A DNA stretch of 64,000 bases, taken from positions 14,875-78,874 of IMG/VR virus record IMGVR_UViG_3300013901_000014. One strand, 5' to 3'. Shown here piece after piece: positions 9,001 to 16,412 of the stretch (position 1 is the first letter of the stretch; each line of letters begins with the position of its first letter). A program made the translations under genes and the position numbers. Source of the stretch: a virus. Lineage: Duplodnaviria > Caudoviricetes. The notes below the pieces were generated by a model that had not been told where the DNA came from, did no database searches, and saw nothing but the letters and a program-made list of their open reading frames with translations.

Positions 9001-10965
9001 CGCCGCCGCAACAACCTTGCGCTCGACATCACCAATGCAGACGCATTCTCGGTAATTCTTGAGCATTTGCAAGACATGGAGCACTGGGCCGCATACTCAG
9101 AGTTTAACCGCGACCTGAACACGCTGCTATCATACAGGCGGTTCAAGAACCAGGTGATGAACATGAGCAGCGCATACGGAGCCGGTGCAACACTGTGGAA
9201 AAACTTCCGCAATGTGTGCCAGCTGGCGGCTGGTTCATACCGCCCGCCGGTGGCGACACTTGACAAGACAATGGTAAACCTCGCCAAAGGCGTGACCGCT
9301 GCAAAGATTAGCTTCAGAATATTCACCGCCATCAAGCAGTTGCTTTCGTTCCCCGCTTATCTGCCTGACGCGAGCGCAAGGTATCTGCTTCAGAACCTTG
9401 CGAACCCAGTGGGCGCATGGAAATGGAGCATAGAGAACCTGCCGCTATTCCACAAACGATGGAACAGCCGCATGGCAGGCGACCCGCGACTGCTTAAAAC
9501 TGAAATGGACTGGAAGATGTGGCGCAGCCGCGTGGTGCAAATGGCGTCAAAATACGGCATGAGCCCCAACGCATTTGTGGATGCGGTTACCGTGGCAATG
9601 GGTGCGCACGCCATCTACAAGACCAAACTCGCCAAGTACCTCAAGCAGGGCTATGACAAGGACAAGGCCGAAGAGAAGGCGCGCCAAGACGCGGAGATTG
9701 CATACAACCAGACACAGCAGTCAAGCGAAGGTGCGTTCTTGTCGACAATGCAGGCCGACAGAACGTGGGGCAGCGTGCTGTTCACAGTGTTCCGCAACTC
9801 GGCAATGTCGTACACACGTCAGGAGTATGACGCGCTGCGCAACCTTGCGCGCAAGTTGACCACGAAGGGGTACAAGGAAAAGAGCATTGGGTTTATGGCA
9901 AAGCAGATGGTGCGTGACGGCCTTGACGAAAACACCGCATGGAGGAATGCAAAGCGCACATACAGCCGCTCAATATGGCGCGAGTTTGTGCGGGTGGCCA
10001 CGTTCGGCTACATATTGCAGCTTGCGTGGAACCTTGGCGCATACTTGCCGTATCTGTTGCTCGGAGACAACGACGACGACAAGAAGAAGATGCTCGAAGA
10101 CGCAGGACTTCACGCACTTGTTGGCAGCGTGGAGGGCTTGACTGGCGGTGACGTGCTGAGCACAGCCGGCCAGTATGCACTCACGGGCGAGGGCACTATT
10201 GGCAACTTAAAGAAGGAAATGCCACTTACCTCAGACTTGCATGCAATCTACCAGAGCTTCGACTACGATGCAGTGCAAGCCACCAACGACGTGCTGAATT
10301 TGCTTGTGCAGGCAGGCGTGGGCGTTAACCCGCAATCGCTGACCGATGCCGTGGTGGGCGTGATGGACTACTGCGAAAACAACCCGGCAGACGCGCGTGA
10401 GTGCGCATTGCTGATAGCGCGCATATTCAACACTCCGCAGAGCCAGCTCGACAAGATTTATTTCGACGAGATAGACCTTGACGGCAGCGACGCACGCAAA
10501 TTGTCGCCCAAGCAGATTGCCGAGCGCTACGCAAAATACAAACTAAGACGTAACACACCGCTCACTGCTTGGATGTATGGCGAGGACGGCAGAAAGGAGC
10601 GTGTCGCCAAGTATAAAAAAGCAGCCAACGATGTGGCAAAGGAAAGACTTTCGGCGTTGACCGACAGCCGCAGCGGTGAGGACTTCACAGACTGGCGCAA
10701 TGAGTACAAGCAGACATCTGAAGGTTGGGGCCGCATAAACGGGCTGAAGGATACAGACCCCGACCAATATGCGGCAGAAAGGAAGCAAATCGCGGGAACA
10801 CCGGCCGACACACGCTACCGCATAGAGAACCGCTACAAAGCACGCATCAACAAACTGACCGATGCGTGGCTTAAGGCCAAAACACCAGCAAGGCGGATGA
10901 AACTCGCCGATGCGATGGTTGCCCTGAAAAAGGACGAAGCCAAGCATCTTGCAGCGGGTAAGTAG
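1..10965 (+). CDS. Large polyvalent protein (5' truncated), probable virion-ejected protein
   Basis: 3654-aa open frame. LPD1-like zincin (FGFRGVQFGNW...HEWWH, nt ~367-640), polyvalent kinase (LGSGKDSDVY, VIK, DLQGNNI, VIDAD; ~1800-2200), ART-like (VYHGSGADFDEFD...YGWGTY; ~2310-3180), HEYAH (~3280) and HEAVGH (~6223) metallopeptidase motifs, second ART-like (VYRAVP...GDWVT; ~4415-4620), PBECR-like nuclease (~6900-7230), long helical C-terminal part. Confidence 0.9.
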   Translation: MNGIVNAKLAEEKGKGGEGRKKDYVKIVLYTEDGRTWKYGVVLDDKYAPKKTSTGSMPFYLGDGFGTRKEAQAFVDKHREEWDAKIADIEKARRDFVYFKGTGERTGQDWRKGADVSAEQLMEQFGFRGVQFGNWTNQRDRQAAVNGAFDALMDLAQILGVSPRALSLNGELGLAFGSRGGGSAKAHYEPDEVVINLTKTQGAGSLAHEWWHALDNYFARHGNVKGGMVTESKGIAMRDELREAFNALIDSVAGSDYNIRSRQRGASYWGRPAEETARLFAAWVSDELQKRGLSSPFLSDTDPGAAERYAEMMYRLYKAMYESRKAETGGKAMTFEEFKKTPLALSGFVFPGTEELAAFGGHLRNIFNTVQEKVDGQTGKTLLYHRGPVVAEPNEAEQALLEAVNGVLKDTGIEVVTDTDEGQKVLDAANGNDVKLEASHRSGEAEERNKMWRLIDRATAMFTGKTEKEAREARRKEMQKITAERKEMYDRVLSGNFDEVTLRQIDNYIDNFSPYNNEWRPISKRLPQKALRGLRKGERASAVDVLFSRISESAVPKNERAGAEGKRRIEEKKKELLKKWAIATGNWHTSVSDFTDAKEPLGSGKDSDVYQSKDGKHVIKVSKGKDGLKKFRPDIDAVTLFNYIFPESRYEILGYGEVDGKFVKFLKQPVVDFTGSKPLSAEERVAYMADMGFKPVNKEKTAFSNGTIVVADLQGNNIVRDKSGNIRVIDADVKLHTKDFGGQYSYPPVEADTALPQANNGGNEKPRMQKVYHGSGADFDEFDNSHMGEGEGAQAYGWGTYVTEVEGIGRTYAKATARYDDNSSEEVLNRVESLAADLIKDRFGFRPGLSVSARGDNYDLEIPSDKKTLEQIKSYFDEYPYMWNAKVDRELSSFNLDDAASRREFANWVYEIVEPFAADAVGYAQKEETASRHLYTVEIPDDNGENYIDYNGRISDIPSQKIDAICTELEKLGWKRKDLPSMVRLTDGYGNIVLNPNAAGADLYEEIKVALKSQKLASELLSRAGFAGIKYPAEYMSGGRKDGAKNYVIFNEKDARITDHVRFFRTSGGEAYGFTVGGKIYVDPRIATADTPIHEYAHLWGDMMRRVNPKAWGDIVRLMKGKGGLWDWVKKNYPELETDDEVADEVLAQFSGKRGAERLREEMRKTAEGSGSITEKAKAISALQRVKEALGRFWRGVAELLHIRFTTAEEVADRVMADLLHGVDPRKVSNDNRYNEFAEKHKVDANEVKDYATAIKDGNLMAANRALSEIRRTLRVAHREMNLQEFGKFFRPINQELAERFGDIEKLRQEHIAAAEREHNAMEAARKKAEEEEAKKRKRQEELSMLTADEIDKRYAEALERGDEAAAREMLDEAARRNGYGDTESDYQGVGAWVAPSNPGYESDEARRADVEDNAPDVNLEDMALGYNLQPDDYFTHPERYSQDTPHGRESTQAIHAALEALKRGDKDVKVKVYRAVPTSVKEGSLRNGDWVTPSRKYAEMHGKSRLEGKYRIIEDEVPAKDLWWDGNDANEFGYDDGRGYKYKNTKNNRKLNDLVTRDDDGNIIPPSKRFNEREQDVRYSLRHVFGGNSGYVGYSMSKRAAQAREDGRYPKTDFRKEYSVTPKTFDALVDAGVIDSGEWHHTSMYGNKTPFYGWKPMYDAVYAANKKEVDKMARTLKMQQTEAEFSDYLDNDNPYRYRPTSEEYQKKMGDIDRQESHAARDINLMYDDAYNPETERKRMQELQSLREKSGKLKDEVRRQYPEDAAIEAENRKGVDWHVEQIEKRNKEREALRQKFHDYFDAKRDELVYDEMEKAGILTMGADGPHWSKPKYAEIFNHYKDAAIDTIAEAMAERLKNPYDEDYAEGISEYRKDLQKVKADKWAEGNALNAKYRDKEFRKQHPDYYKREKMLEEEKERLREKYEALEEDVLKRHPEELERRQKAFEWPSDEEAQQQAREKLLAERLQQFFEEDTADPDEGKKFRLLDDDDPQAQELSLPEGEPKETLAQAMVRRVKELAAKLGAKVRIVTSADDLPKTPGSRQRRMKGMYDTRTGEVTIVIGNHENLADVENTVLHEAVGHRGFRVLFDTKEKFDHAMDELYRVSGGKIRKWIDDKVRKLYDDEVDRIMERKRKERRARGEGPSEHHLEDMAAAAIEASKKKDQFRREATEEYGARLAGRIGEKGFEKLSAEEQTFWGRLKSMLQKALQRLAEGLNITGRHEWTDKDWAYVLHEAYKREKNGGKPSIFDEADTIAMRMRTGFGEGKEEGRKMTTLSGEEAKQALNEIFSAESHTVKPEKISSLAKFRDIFSKPIRTFLGEVIKVKDAVWNKVLRENRQNISGAILPTLQNADFAIRDTDGSILYVKRFLNSTGESTYNVAVVNKHGELEDYISSVHIKTNNNLLNKIGKGAELLIPENRNGYGHEVPSSSTPDAKIDIENESGNTFGSNKYKKSSDENPDEGMMFRDGDDDDIGDVDLGDAVDKMRDAAVESNANNLQAKREAMKAIGGNLSKLRQAMSRQKVYDKGTVKSVTDMAREMLQNGMLDKLSGYEAKRILSAAANVTGAENTARQINKLMDVMVDNQLRNAGDTFGKLLHSKGTRVNASGVEVQGKLDPDGAAIVDALKKGVQLDKEELNGRIGKALDKIGSEDKVIADQAANELAGLQLASRYVEDIKGSKAEETELRESLKEAKAQKDAGKMSAEAYKQYCEATEDAIRQNKIERADAYRQLIAQLGGVMGESAERAKAWREAEKQRVQDIQHNANSDMQGRPCNEHHKPSSLQKLCNSDLIRGLLMPLATFEQMLRMFGNKNVHGEGYLWNRFVRGWLRASENEYSGYRDALKELDDKVSEIFGKKMRWGDIFSLERKLPTMEVKFWDGGEMKPHTLTQGNLAYIYMVDKMSDGRMKLRAMGITEGDVEQIAKALDPKLKKLADWMQDEFLVQRRNKYNEVHKRMFGASMAAIENYFPLKILSGARTENVDVADDTGEPTMTSTTTGSIVKRRRNNLALDITNADAFSVILEHLQDMEHWAAYSEFNRDLNTLLSYRRFKNQVMNMSSAYGAGATLWKNFRNVCQLAAGSYRPPVATLDKTMVNLAKGVTAAKISFRIFTAIKQLLSFPAYLPDASARYLLQNLANPVGAWKWSIENLPLFHKRWNSRMAGDPRLLKTEMDWKMWRSRVVQMASKYGMSPNAFVDAVTVAMGAHAIYKTKLAKYLKQGYDKDKAEEKARQDAEIAYNQTQQSSEGAFLSTMQADRTWGSVLFTVFRNSAMSYTRQEYDALRNLARKLTTKGYKEKSIGFMAKQMVRDGLDENTAWRNAKRTYSRSIWREFVRVATFGYILQLAWNLGAYLPYLLLGDNDDDKKKMLEDAGLHALVGSVEGLTGGDVLSTAGQYALTGEGTIGNLKKEMPLTSDLHAIYQSFDYDAVQATNDVLNLLVQAGVGVNPQSLTDAVVGVMDYCENNPADARECALLIARIFNTPQSQLDKIYFDEIDLDGSDARKLSPKQIAERYAKYKLRRNTPLTAWMYGEDGRKERVAKYKKAANDVAKERLSALTDSRSGEDFTDWRNEYKQTSEGWGRINGLKDTDPDQYAAERKQIAGTPADTRYRIENRYKARINKLTDAWLKAKTPARRMKLADAMVALKKDEAKHLAAGK
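1476..1506 (+). promoter_or_regulatory. Internal Bacteroidetes sigma-A promoter inside the polyvalent ORF
   Basis: TTTG (1476-1479), 19-nt spacer, TAACTTTG (1499-1506) = exact TTTG-N19-21-TAnnTTTG consensus. Confidence 0.7.
1550..1747 (+). CDS. Nested out-of-frame 65-aa ORF, candidate antitoxin of the downstream kinase domain
   Basis: ATG ~40 nt after a consensus promoter, A at -3 and -6, helical charged peptide; ends immediately before kinase motif I. Confidence 0.55.
   Translation: MNGDQFLNDFHRRHYEACEKENARVRSMYFSHEYLKAQSQRMNELVQKEREELRRKRKNSSKSGQ
7212..7292 (-). ncRNA. Candidate antisense three-way-junction RNA at the end of the PBECR-like domain
   Basis: 14-bp outer stem 7279-7292/7225-7238 (two G-U pairs only on minus strand), inner hairpins 7263-7278 and 7243-7254, U-tract at 7221-7224. 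Confidence 0.55.
7298..7328 (-). promoter_or_regulatory. Antisense promoter inside the polyvalent ORF
   Basis: CAAAGATA at 7298-7305 = TATCTTTG on minus; TTG element 20 nt upstream (7326-7328). Confidence 0.6.
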
Positions 10966-10987
10966 CAGCAAGTAAGTAGTTAAACAG

Positions 10988-11031
10988 AGAGTGGGTGCAA
11001 TAATGACTAATATTGCACCCACACTGTTTTT
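10988..11031 (+). terminator. Hairpin/intrinsic terminator between polyvalent gene and portal
   Basis: GTGGGTGCAATA (10991-11002) / TATTGCACCCAC (11011-11022) perfect 12-bp stem followed by TTTTT. Confidence 0.6.
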
Positions 11032-11039
11032 GCATACTT

Positions 11040-13025
11040 ATGATAACAAAGAACAACGATAAGGACACAGCCGTGGTGCTGCTCAGCCTGAGCCGCGTGA
11101 CACCCGAGCCCGAGCCGAGCAGCGAAGAGATGGACAGCGTGAAAGTCTCGCAGCTGCAGCAGGACAGGCGCGCGTTTGACGTGCTGATGGAGGCACAGTA
11201 CTACTGGAACCAGATGGATGACTTCCGCCGTGAGCGGCAGCGCAACAAGCGCTACGCCTACGGCAAGCAGTGGGACGACCTGATTACCGTGGACGGCTGC
11301 ACGATGACCGAGGAGGAATACATAAAGAAGCAGGGCAACGTGCCGCTGAAGAACAACCTCATCCGCCGCCTGATGCGCAACGTGATAGGTGTGTTCCGCA
11401 GCCAATCGAAAGAGCCGACATGCACCGCCCGCGACCGCGACGAGCAGCGGTTGGGCGAGGCGATGTCGACACTGCTGCAATGCAACATGCAGCTGAACCG
11501 CATGGACGAGTTGAATGCGCGCACTATGGAAGAGTTTCTGATAAGCGGCATAGCAGTGCAGCGCAAGAGCTATGGCTGGAGAAATGGGCGTGAGGACTGC
11601 TGGACCGATTATGTGCAGCCGAACAACTTCTTTATCGACAACAACATGCGCGACTTCCGCGGCTGGGACGTGGGCTTTCTTGGCGAAGTTCACGACATAT
11701 CGTTTGGACAGCTGTGCGAGCAGTTTGCCTCCACTCCCGACGACTACAGACGGCTGCGCGAGATATACCGCAACGCATCGCGCAAAGACTACATAGCATC
11801 GTACGCCGCCAGCTTCGGCTACAGCAAGCTCGACAACTACGACTTCCTGTTCACCAGCGAGCCGGGCCGCTGCCGCGTAGTGGAAGTGTGGCGCAAAGAG
11901 CAGAAGCCGCGATACCGCTGCCACGACTACCAGAACGGCGACATCTTCAAGGTGGACGAGGAAGACTACGCATCGCAGGTGCTTGCCGTGAACGAGCAGC
12001 GCATGCAGATGGGGCGCGAGTATGGCATGGAAGATGACGACATACCGCTAATCACCGCCGAGTGGTTTATGGACGATTACTGGTACTTTTACTACCTCAG
12101 TCCGTTTGGAGACATACTGAAAGAGGGCGAAACCCCGTTTGAGCACGGCTCCCACCCTTACGTGTTTAAGGTATATCCGTTCATTGACGGAGAGATACAC
12201 AGCTTTGTGGGGGACGTGATAGACCAGCAGCGGTACACCAACCGCCTGATAACACTCTACGACTGGGTGATAAGGAGCACCGCCAAGGGCGTGCTGCTTG
12301 TGCCCGAGGACTGCCTTCCCGACGGCGTGAGCATGGACGACATAGCCGAGCGGTGGTCGGAGGTGAACGGAGTGATAGCGTTCAAGCCGAGCAAGAGCGG
12401 GGCGGTGCCGAGCCAAGTAGCCAGCAACGCCACCAACATAGGCGTCGCCGAGCTGCTGAACATGCAGCTGAAGTTCTTTGAGGACATATCGGGCGTGAAC
12501 GGTGCTTTGCAGGGCAAGCCAGGCTACAGCGGCACAAGCGCGGCACTCTACAACCAGCAGACACAGAACGCCACCACATCGCTGCTTGACTTGCTCGAAG
12601 CGTTCAGCTACTTTGTGAAAGACGGAGCATACAAGGACGTGAAGAACATCCAGCAGTTCTATGACGAGAAGCGCGTGCTGAACATTGCCGGCAAGAGCGG
12701 CGCGGCAATACAGCTCGACCCACAGAGAATACGCGACACAGAGTTTGACTTGAGCATTACCGAGAGCACGAGCACGCCAGCATACCGCACGCTTGCCAAC
12801 GACATACTGATGCAGCTGTGGCAGGCTCAGGCAATCAGCGTGGAGCAGTTGCTTGAATACGGCAACTTCCCATTTGCCGACGACTTGCTGCAAAGCATTC
12901 AGTCGCAAAAAGAACAGATACAGAACGGCCAGACACCGGAGGGCATGTCGCCGCAGCTGCAACAGCAGGTGCAGGCACAAGCCAACCCACAGGCAATGGA
13001 ACGGCTACAACAATACATGCAGTGA
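11040..13025 (+). CDS. Portal protein, phage A
   Basis: ~660 aa, N-terminal RRERQRNKRYAYGKQW / NNLIRRLMRNVIG, Q-rich tail typical of podoviral portals; ATG at 11040 chosen over upstream TTG. Confidence 0.8.
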   Translation: MITKNNDKDTAVVLLSLSRVTPEPEPSSEEMDSVKVSQLQQDRRAFDVLMEAQYYWNQMDDFRRERQRNKRYAYGKQWDDLITVDGCTMTEEEYIKKQGNVPLKNNLIRRLMRNVIGVFRSQSKEPTCTARDRDEQRLGEAMSTLLQCNMQLNRMDELNARTMEEFLISGIAVQRKSYGWRNGREDCWTDYVQPNNFFIDNNMRDFRGWDVGFLGEVHDISFGQLCEQFASTPDDYRRLREIYRNASRKDYIASYAASFGYSKLDNYDFLFTSEPGRCRVVEVWRKEQKPRYRCHDYQNGDIFKVDEEDYASQVLAVNEQRMQMGREYGMEDDDIPLITAEWFMDDYWYFYYLSPFGDILKEGETPFEHGSHPYVFKVYPFIDGEIHSFVGDVIDQQRYTNRLITLYDWVIRSTAKGVLLVPEDCLPDGVSMDDIAERWSEVNGVIAFKPSKSGAVPSQVASNATNIGVAELLNMQLKFFEDISGVNGALQGKPGYSGTSAALYNQQTQNATTSLLDLLEAFSYFVKDGAYKDVKNIQQFYDEKRVLNIAGKSGAAIQLDPQRIRDTEFDLSITESTSTPAYRTLANDILMQLWQAQAISVEQLLEYGNFPFADDLLQSIQSQKEQIQNGQTPEGMSPQLQQQVQAQANPQAMERLQQYMQ

Positions 13026-13420
13026 TGAGGCTTATACTATTCTTGCTCAGGTACACGCCATTTGTGTTGACGCTGCTGATGATAGTCCACACGGCTCTGC
13101 TGCTGCGCGGAATTGATTGCAGCGTGCTGAACCATGCGTGCTTGTCGCCTTTGCCCTATGCGCTGTATATGGCGTTGAGCGTCAAGATGAAGTTCTGCGT
13201 GTTCCACCGCCTTGCACTGACATACACGTTTGTGTTGTATATTTGCATAACGTTGCAGAGCTACAACGCCTTTGATGCTGTCGGCATTAACCTGCAAAGC
13301 GCGCGGCTGGTGATGCTGATAGTGGGAGTGATATTACTCACGGCATTTTTCACGATTAAGTTCTATGAATGGAAGAGAGGAATTAAATGCGGTGCTTGCC
13401 GAAATTGCGGCAGCTGCTAA
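13025..13420 (+). CDS. Small multi-pass membrane protein
   Basis: ~131 aa with 3-4 hydrophobic segments; overlaps portal stop. Confidence 0.65.
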   Translation: MRLILFLLRYTPFVLTLLMIVHTALLLRGIDCSVLNHACLSPLPYALYMALSVKMKFCVFHRLALTYTFVLYICITLQSYNAFDAVGINLQSARLVMLIVGVILLTAFFTIKFYEWKRGIKCGACRNCGSC

Positions 13421-13667
13421 CGATAACATTTGTGGCATGGGTGATGAGACGCTGCACACGCTGGCCGGAGCATTGCGCACGATGTTCCGCGCCAAAGTGC
13501 CGCACACTTATTCGCGCGAGAGCGCGGCACGAGAGTTGGGCATCAGTGTGCGCCAGCTTCAGCGTGATGTACAGGCGAGCGGCGTGTGCTTCCGCAGAAA
13601 TGGTGAGAGCAAGGTGTGGTTGACCGAAGAAGACATTAAGCGATTACGGAAATATCGTGAGAAGTAG
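13365..13667 (+). CDS. HTH DNA-binding protein
   Basis: YSRESAARELGISVRQLQRDV helix-turn-helix. Confidence 0.75.
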   Translation: MNGREELNAVLAEIAAAANDNICGMGDETLHTLAGALRTMFRAKVPHTYSRESAARELGISVRQLQRDVQASGVCFRRNGESKVWLTEEDIKRLRKYREK

Positions 13668-13702
13668 ATTTCTTTGATTCTGGTTAGAATGTAAATTCAG
13701 GG

Positions 13703-13751
13703 AATGGCCCAGCTGTGAAGCCGGGCCATTTTATTGGCGGCAATAAAATGG
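13703..13751. terminator. Two overlapping hairpins at a convergent gene junction
   Basis: AATGGCCC...GGGCCATT (13703-13730) and CCATTTTATTG-GCGG-CAATAAAATGG (13726-13751). Confidence 0.65.
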
Positions 13752-13770
13752 TTTCCGCGCCAAAAAAAAC

Positions 13771-13816
13771 ATACAAGATTTCGGCAAAATTATATACAAG
13801 AATTTGGCAAAATTAT
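13771..13816. repeat. Two tandem imperfect 23-bp repeats
   Basis: ATACAAGATTTCGGCAAAATTAT / ATACAAGAATTTGGCAAAATTAT; each contains CAAAATTA (TAATTTTG on minus). Confidence 0.85.
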
Positions 13817-13824
13817 ATATCGGC

Positions 13825-15912
13825 CTAAAACGAAGCCTCGGAAATGGCCTTTGCGTGTGGTGCTGAATAGGTGGCGCGGGTGACAATCGCGGGCGGGTCC
13901 ATTTCGCGGAAACAGATATGCAGGCCAATGGCGCGCGTCATCAACAAGTCGTCGTGCTTGCCGATGATAGCGCCGAAAGCCCCATTCGGCTTGCGCTCGT
14001 AGGTAATGTACTCATCAAGACAGCGCGCGTCACGCTCAACATACATGCGCTCGCGAATGACCTTGACCAGCGTGGAGATAATCATAGGCTTGGTTGCGAC
14101 ATTGGTATGAAAGCCATACTTGCGCGGCAGCCCCTCGCGTATCTCCTCCTCAGACTGCTTGCGCTCGTAGAGGTTGGGATACACATCCTTTATCTGATTG
14201 AGGATATAACCAGACTGGTCGCCGTCGACCTGGCGCTGGCGGTCGTGCGTCTCAAGCGTGTTGCTCTCAATCACAAGCAGAGAGTTGTTGTAATAGGCCG
14301 CTATCTGCGCGGCTTTCCACGCCAGCAAGTCAATGTCGATATGCCCATACCATTGTGCGACAACCACCGGTTTGCCGCCGTCAGCCATGAACAAGCGGTC
14401 GAACACGACCACGACCGACCAGTCGGCCTTGTTGCTGCGGCCGCCAACATCGACCACAGTAAGATAGCGGTTGGTGACAATCTCTCTGCCGTCGGGCTCA
14501 GGGTCGGCCCATACCCACAGTTGCCCTTGCGAGTCGTCACGGAAGCGCAGCGACTTGAGGGCATCGCCGCCCTCGTCGCCATCGGCATACACATCGCCTA
14601 TGCGCTTGGGCGCGCGGCAAGCATCGCGGAACCGCTCGACAAGTCCGGCATCAAACACGTGCGCGCCAGAGTTAACAAACGCCTCCACATCATCGCTTGG
14701 GTACTCAGCCGCCATCTGGCCGTGGTCGGTGTACTTGGCGCGCTCGCCAACATACCAGTTAATGGCTTCAAGCGTGGCCCCCTTCTCCCACAGCCGCCAC
14801 AGATAGCGTCCGCTTTCCTCACGGCTCGACACCGCATTGTCGCGCTCACGGTTGAAGTAGAGCCATTGAGCGAACTCCACGGCATCGTCAAGCGGCTGCG
14901 AGTATGCCTCAATGTCGAACCACGAAACGAACATAGCCTCGAACTGCGAGCGCTTCTGCGGGTCCTTGGCGTCATCATACTCACGCTGAAAAAAGTTGCC
15001 CGTGCCGTTGGCAGTGCTTTCGTAGACAATCATAGTGTAAGGCTTGAGCAGAATACCAGAGCAGGCCGACCGCACAATATCCTCCGGCTTCTTTCCTTCG
15101 GTGGCTTTCCACAATCCCACCTCCGAAAGATGGACAAGGTTGTAGTCGCCGCCGCGGCAGGAGTCGGGCCGTTCAGCCGTACCGATTTTGATTTTGCAGT
15201 TGCGCTGCGGCACACGGAATATGGAGCCGGATCGTCCGACGCCCACAATCTTAGGCTCGTTCTCGTTGTACCGTTCGCCAAGTTGGTGCAGCATACTTAC
15301 CGGGTAAACCTTAATCATGCGGTCGAACATGTCCTTGATTTCGTCAGAGCCCGCACCCTGATGGGCAATGATGAGCGAGTTAAGGCCCACCTGGTGGACA
15401 AGCTGCAACCACGCCATATAGATTTGCGAAGTGGTAGAACCGCCCCACTGGCGTGCCTTGAGCAGCACTATGCGTATAGGCTTGCCCGCAAGACGCAGCG
15501 ACTCCAACCGCGCCACAAAGCGGCGCTGCGGGCGCGTGAGACGGAACAGCACATCATTGCCGCCGCCCTTGTTTTTGATGTAGACAAACATAGCCGCCCA
15601 AAAAGGGAAGTCGTGCTTGCAGCGCACGCGCACGAGCTGGTCTACAACCTTGTGCCGCTCCTCATCAGACGGCTCTACATTGAGCTTGGCAGACAGAAAC
15701 TCATCGACACTGCCGCACTCCACAACCTGCTTCACCAGCGGTACGGAAAGCATGGAGGCGGGCAGCCACTGCTCGGCCAGCGGGAAGTCGGGCAAGCGCA
15801 CAAGCGTGCGCTCGCCGACAGAGCCAAGGCCGGTAATAGGATTGAAAGGCGCATTAATCTCAGCGTTGCGCCGCTCATTCTCTTTGAGTATGTCTTCTAT
15901 CTCCTTTTCCAT
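13825..15912 (-). CDS. terL: Terminase large subunit, phage A
   Basis: IVLLKARQWGGST Walker A, IVYESTANG Walker B region, LTVVDVGG and KHDDLLM RNase H-like nuclease motifs; start set at MEKEIED. Confidence 0.9.
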   Translation of the reverse strand: MEKEIEDILKENERRNAEINAPFNPITGLGSVGERTLVRLPDFPLAEQWLPASMLSVPLVKQVVECGSVDEFLSAKLNVEPSDEERHKVVDQLVRVRCKHDFPFWAAMFVYIKNKGGGNDVLFRLTRPQRRFVARLESLRLAGKPIRIVLLKARQWGGSTTSQIYMAWLQLVHQVGLNSLIIAHQGAGSDEIKDMFDRMIKVYPVSMLHQLGERYNENEPKIVGVGRSGSIFRVPQRNCKIKIGTAERPDSCRGGDYNLVHLSEVGLWKATEGKKPEDIVRSACSGILLKPYTMIVYESTANGTGNFFQREYDDAKDPQKRSQFEAMFVSWFDIEAYSQPLDDAVEFAQWLYFNRERDNAVSSREESGRYLWRLWEKGATLEAINWYVGERAKYTDHGQMAAEYPSDDVEAFVNSGAHVFDAGLVERFRDACRAPKRIGDVYADGDEGGDALKSLRFRDDSQGQLWVWADPEPDGREIVTNRYLTVVDVGGRSNKADWSVVVVFDRLFMADGGKPVVVAQWYGHIDIDLLAWKAAQIAAYYNNSLLVIESNTLETHDRQRQVDGDQSGYILNQIKDVYPNLYERKQSEEEIREGLPRKYGFHTNVATKPMIISTLVKVIRERMYVERDARCLDEYITYERKPNGAFGAIIGKHDDLLMTRAIGLHICFREMDPPAIVTRATYSAPHAKAISEASF

Positions 15913-16412
15913 TTGCAGAACAAAAAGCGCACCGCAGCGCACAGCAGCCCCAACAAGTAGCACCAAAGGTGGACAGCCGCGCTTGAATTGGGCAGCGCAA
16001 AACCTATAGCCAGATACAGAGCCATGCAGCACTGATAGTACCAACGGCGGCGCACATCGAACGACAGCAGGCCGAACAAGGCGTAGACCATTCCCGACAG
16101 CCCTATGGTGGGCGTAAGCAGAGAAGCGAACCAAGCGCCAAGCCAGGCAGCCGGCACAGATGCCGCAATGGCAGCAGCCAGTAGCAGCCGCGGCCACCTG
16201 ACCTCATACAAGAACACGACAGAGAGCAGACACCAGCAATTGAGTGCGGCATGCAGCAGATTGGCGCGGAAGAACATGTAGGAGAGCCTCCCCCACCACG
16301 GGCCGCCGGCATACAAGCCGACCAAGAGCCAATCAACGTGAACAACAGCCACGCAAATCAGAATTAGAGACAGCCATAGAGCCGCAGCCTTTTCAGTTTT
16401 TCTTCCCTCCAT
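15897..16412 (-). CDS. Rhomboid-family intramembrane serine protease
   Basis: Highly hydrophobic; FFRANLLH (HxxxxH-like loop motif), GLSG catalytic Ser, AVHL catalytic His. Confidence 0.8.
   Translation of the reverse strand: MEGRKTEKAAALWLSLILICVAVVHVDWLLVGLYAGGPWWGRLSYMFFRANLLHAALNCWCLLSVVFLYEVRWPRLLLAAAIAASVPAAWLGAWFASLLTPTIGLSGMVYALFGLLSFDVRRRWYYQCCMALYLAIGFALPNSSAAVHLWCYLLGLLCAAVRFLFCKWKRR

Noticed and set aside
13918-15960. 680-aa plus-strand ORF, and similar long opposite-strand ORFs (32633-33853, 43760-45121, 59860-60891)
   Set aside because: Antisense shadows of high-GC genes; no motifs and atypical composition
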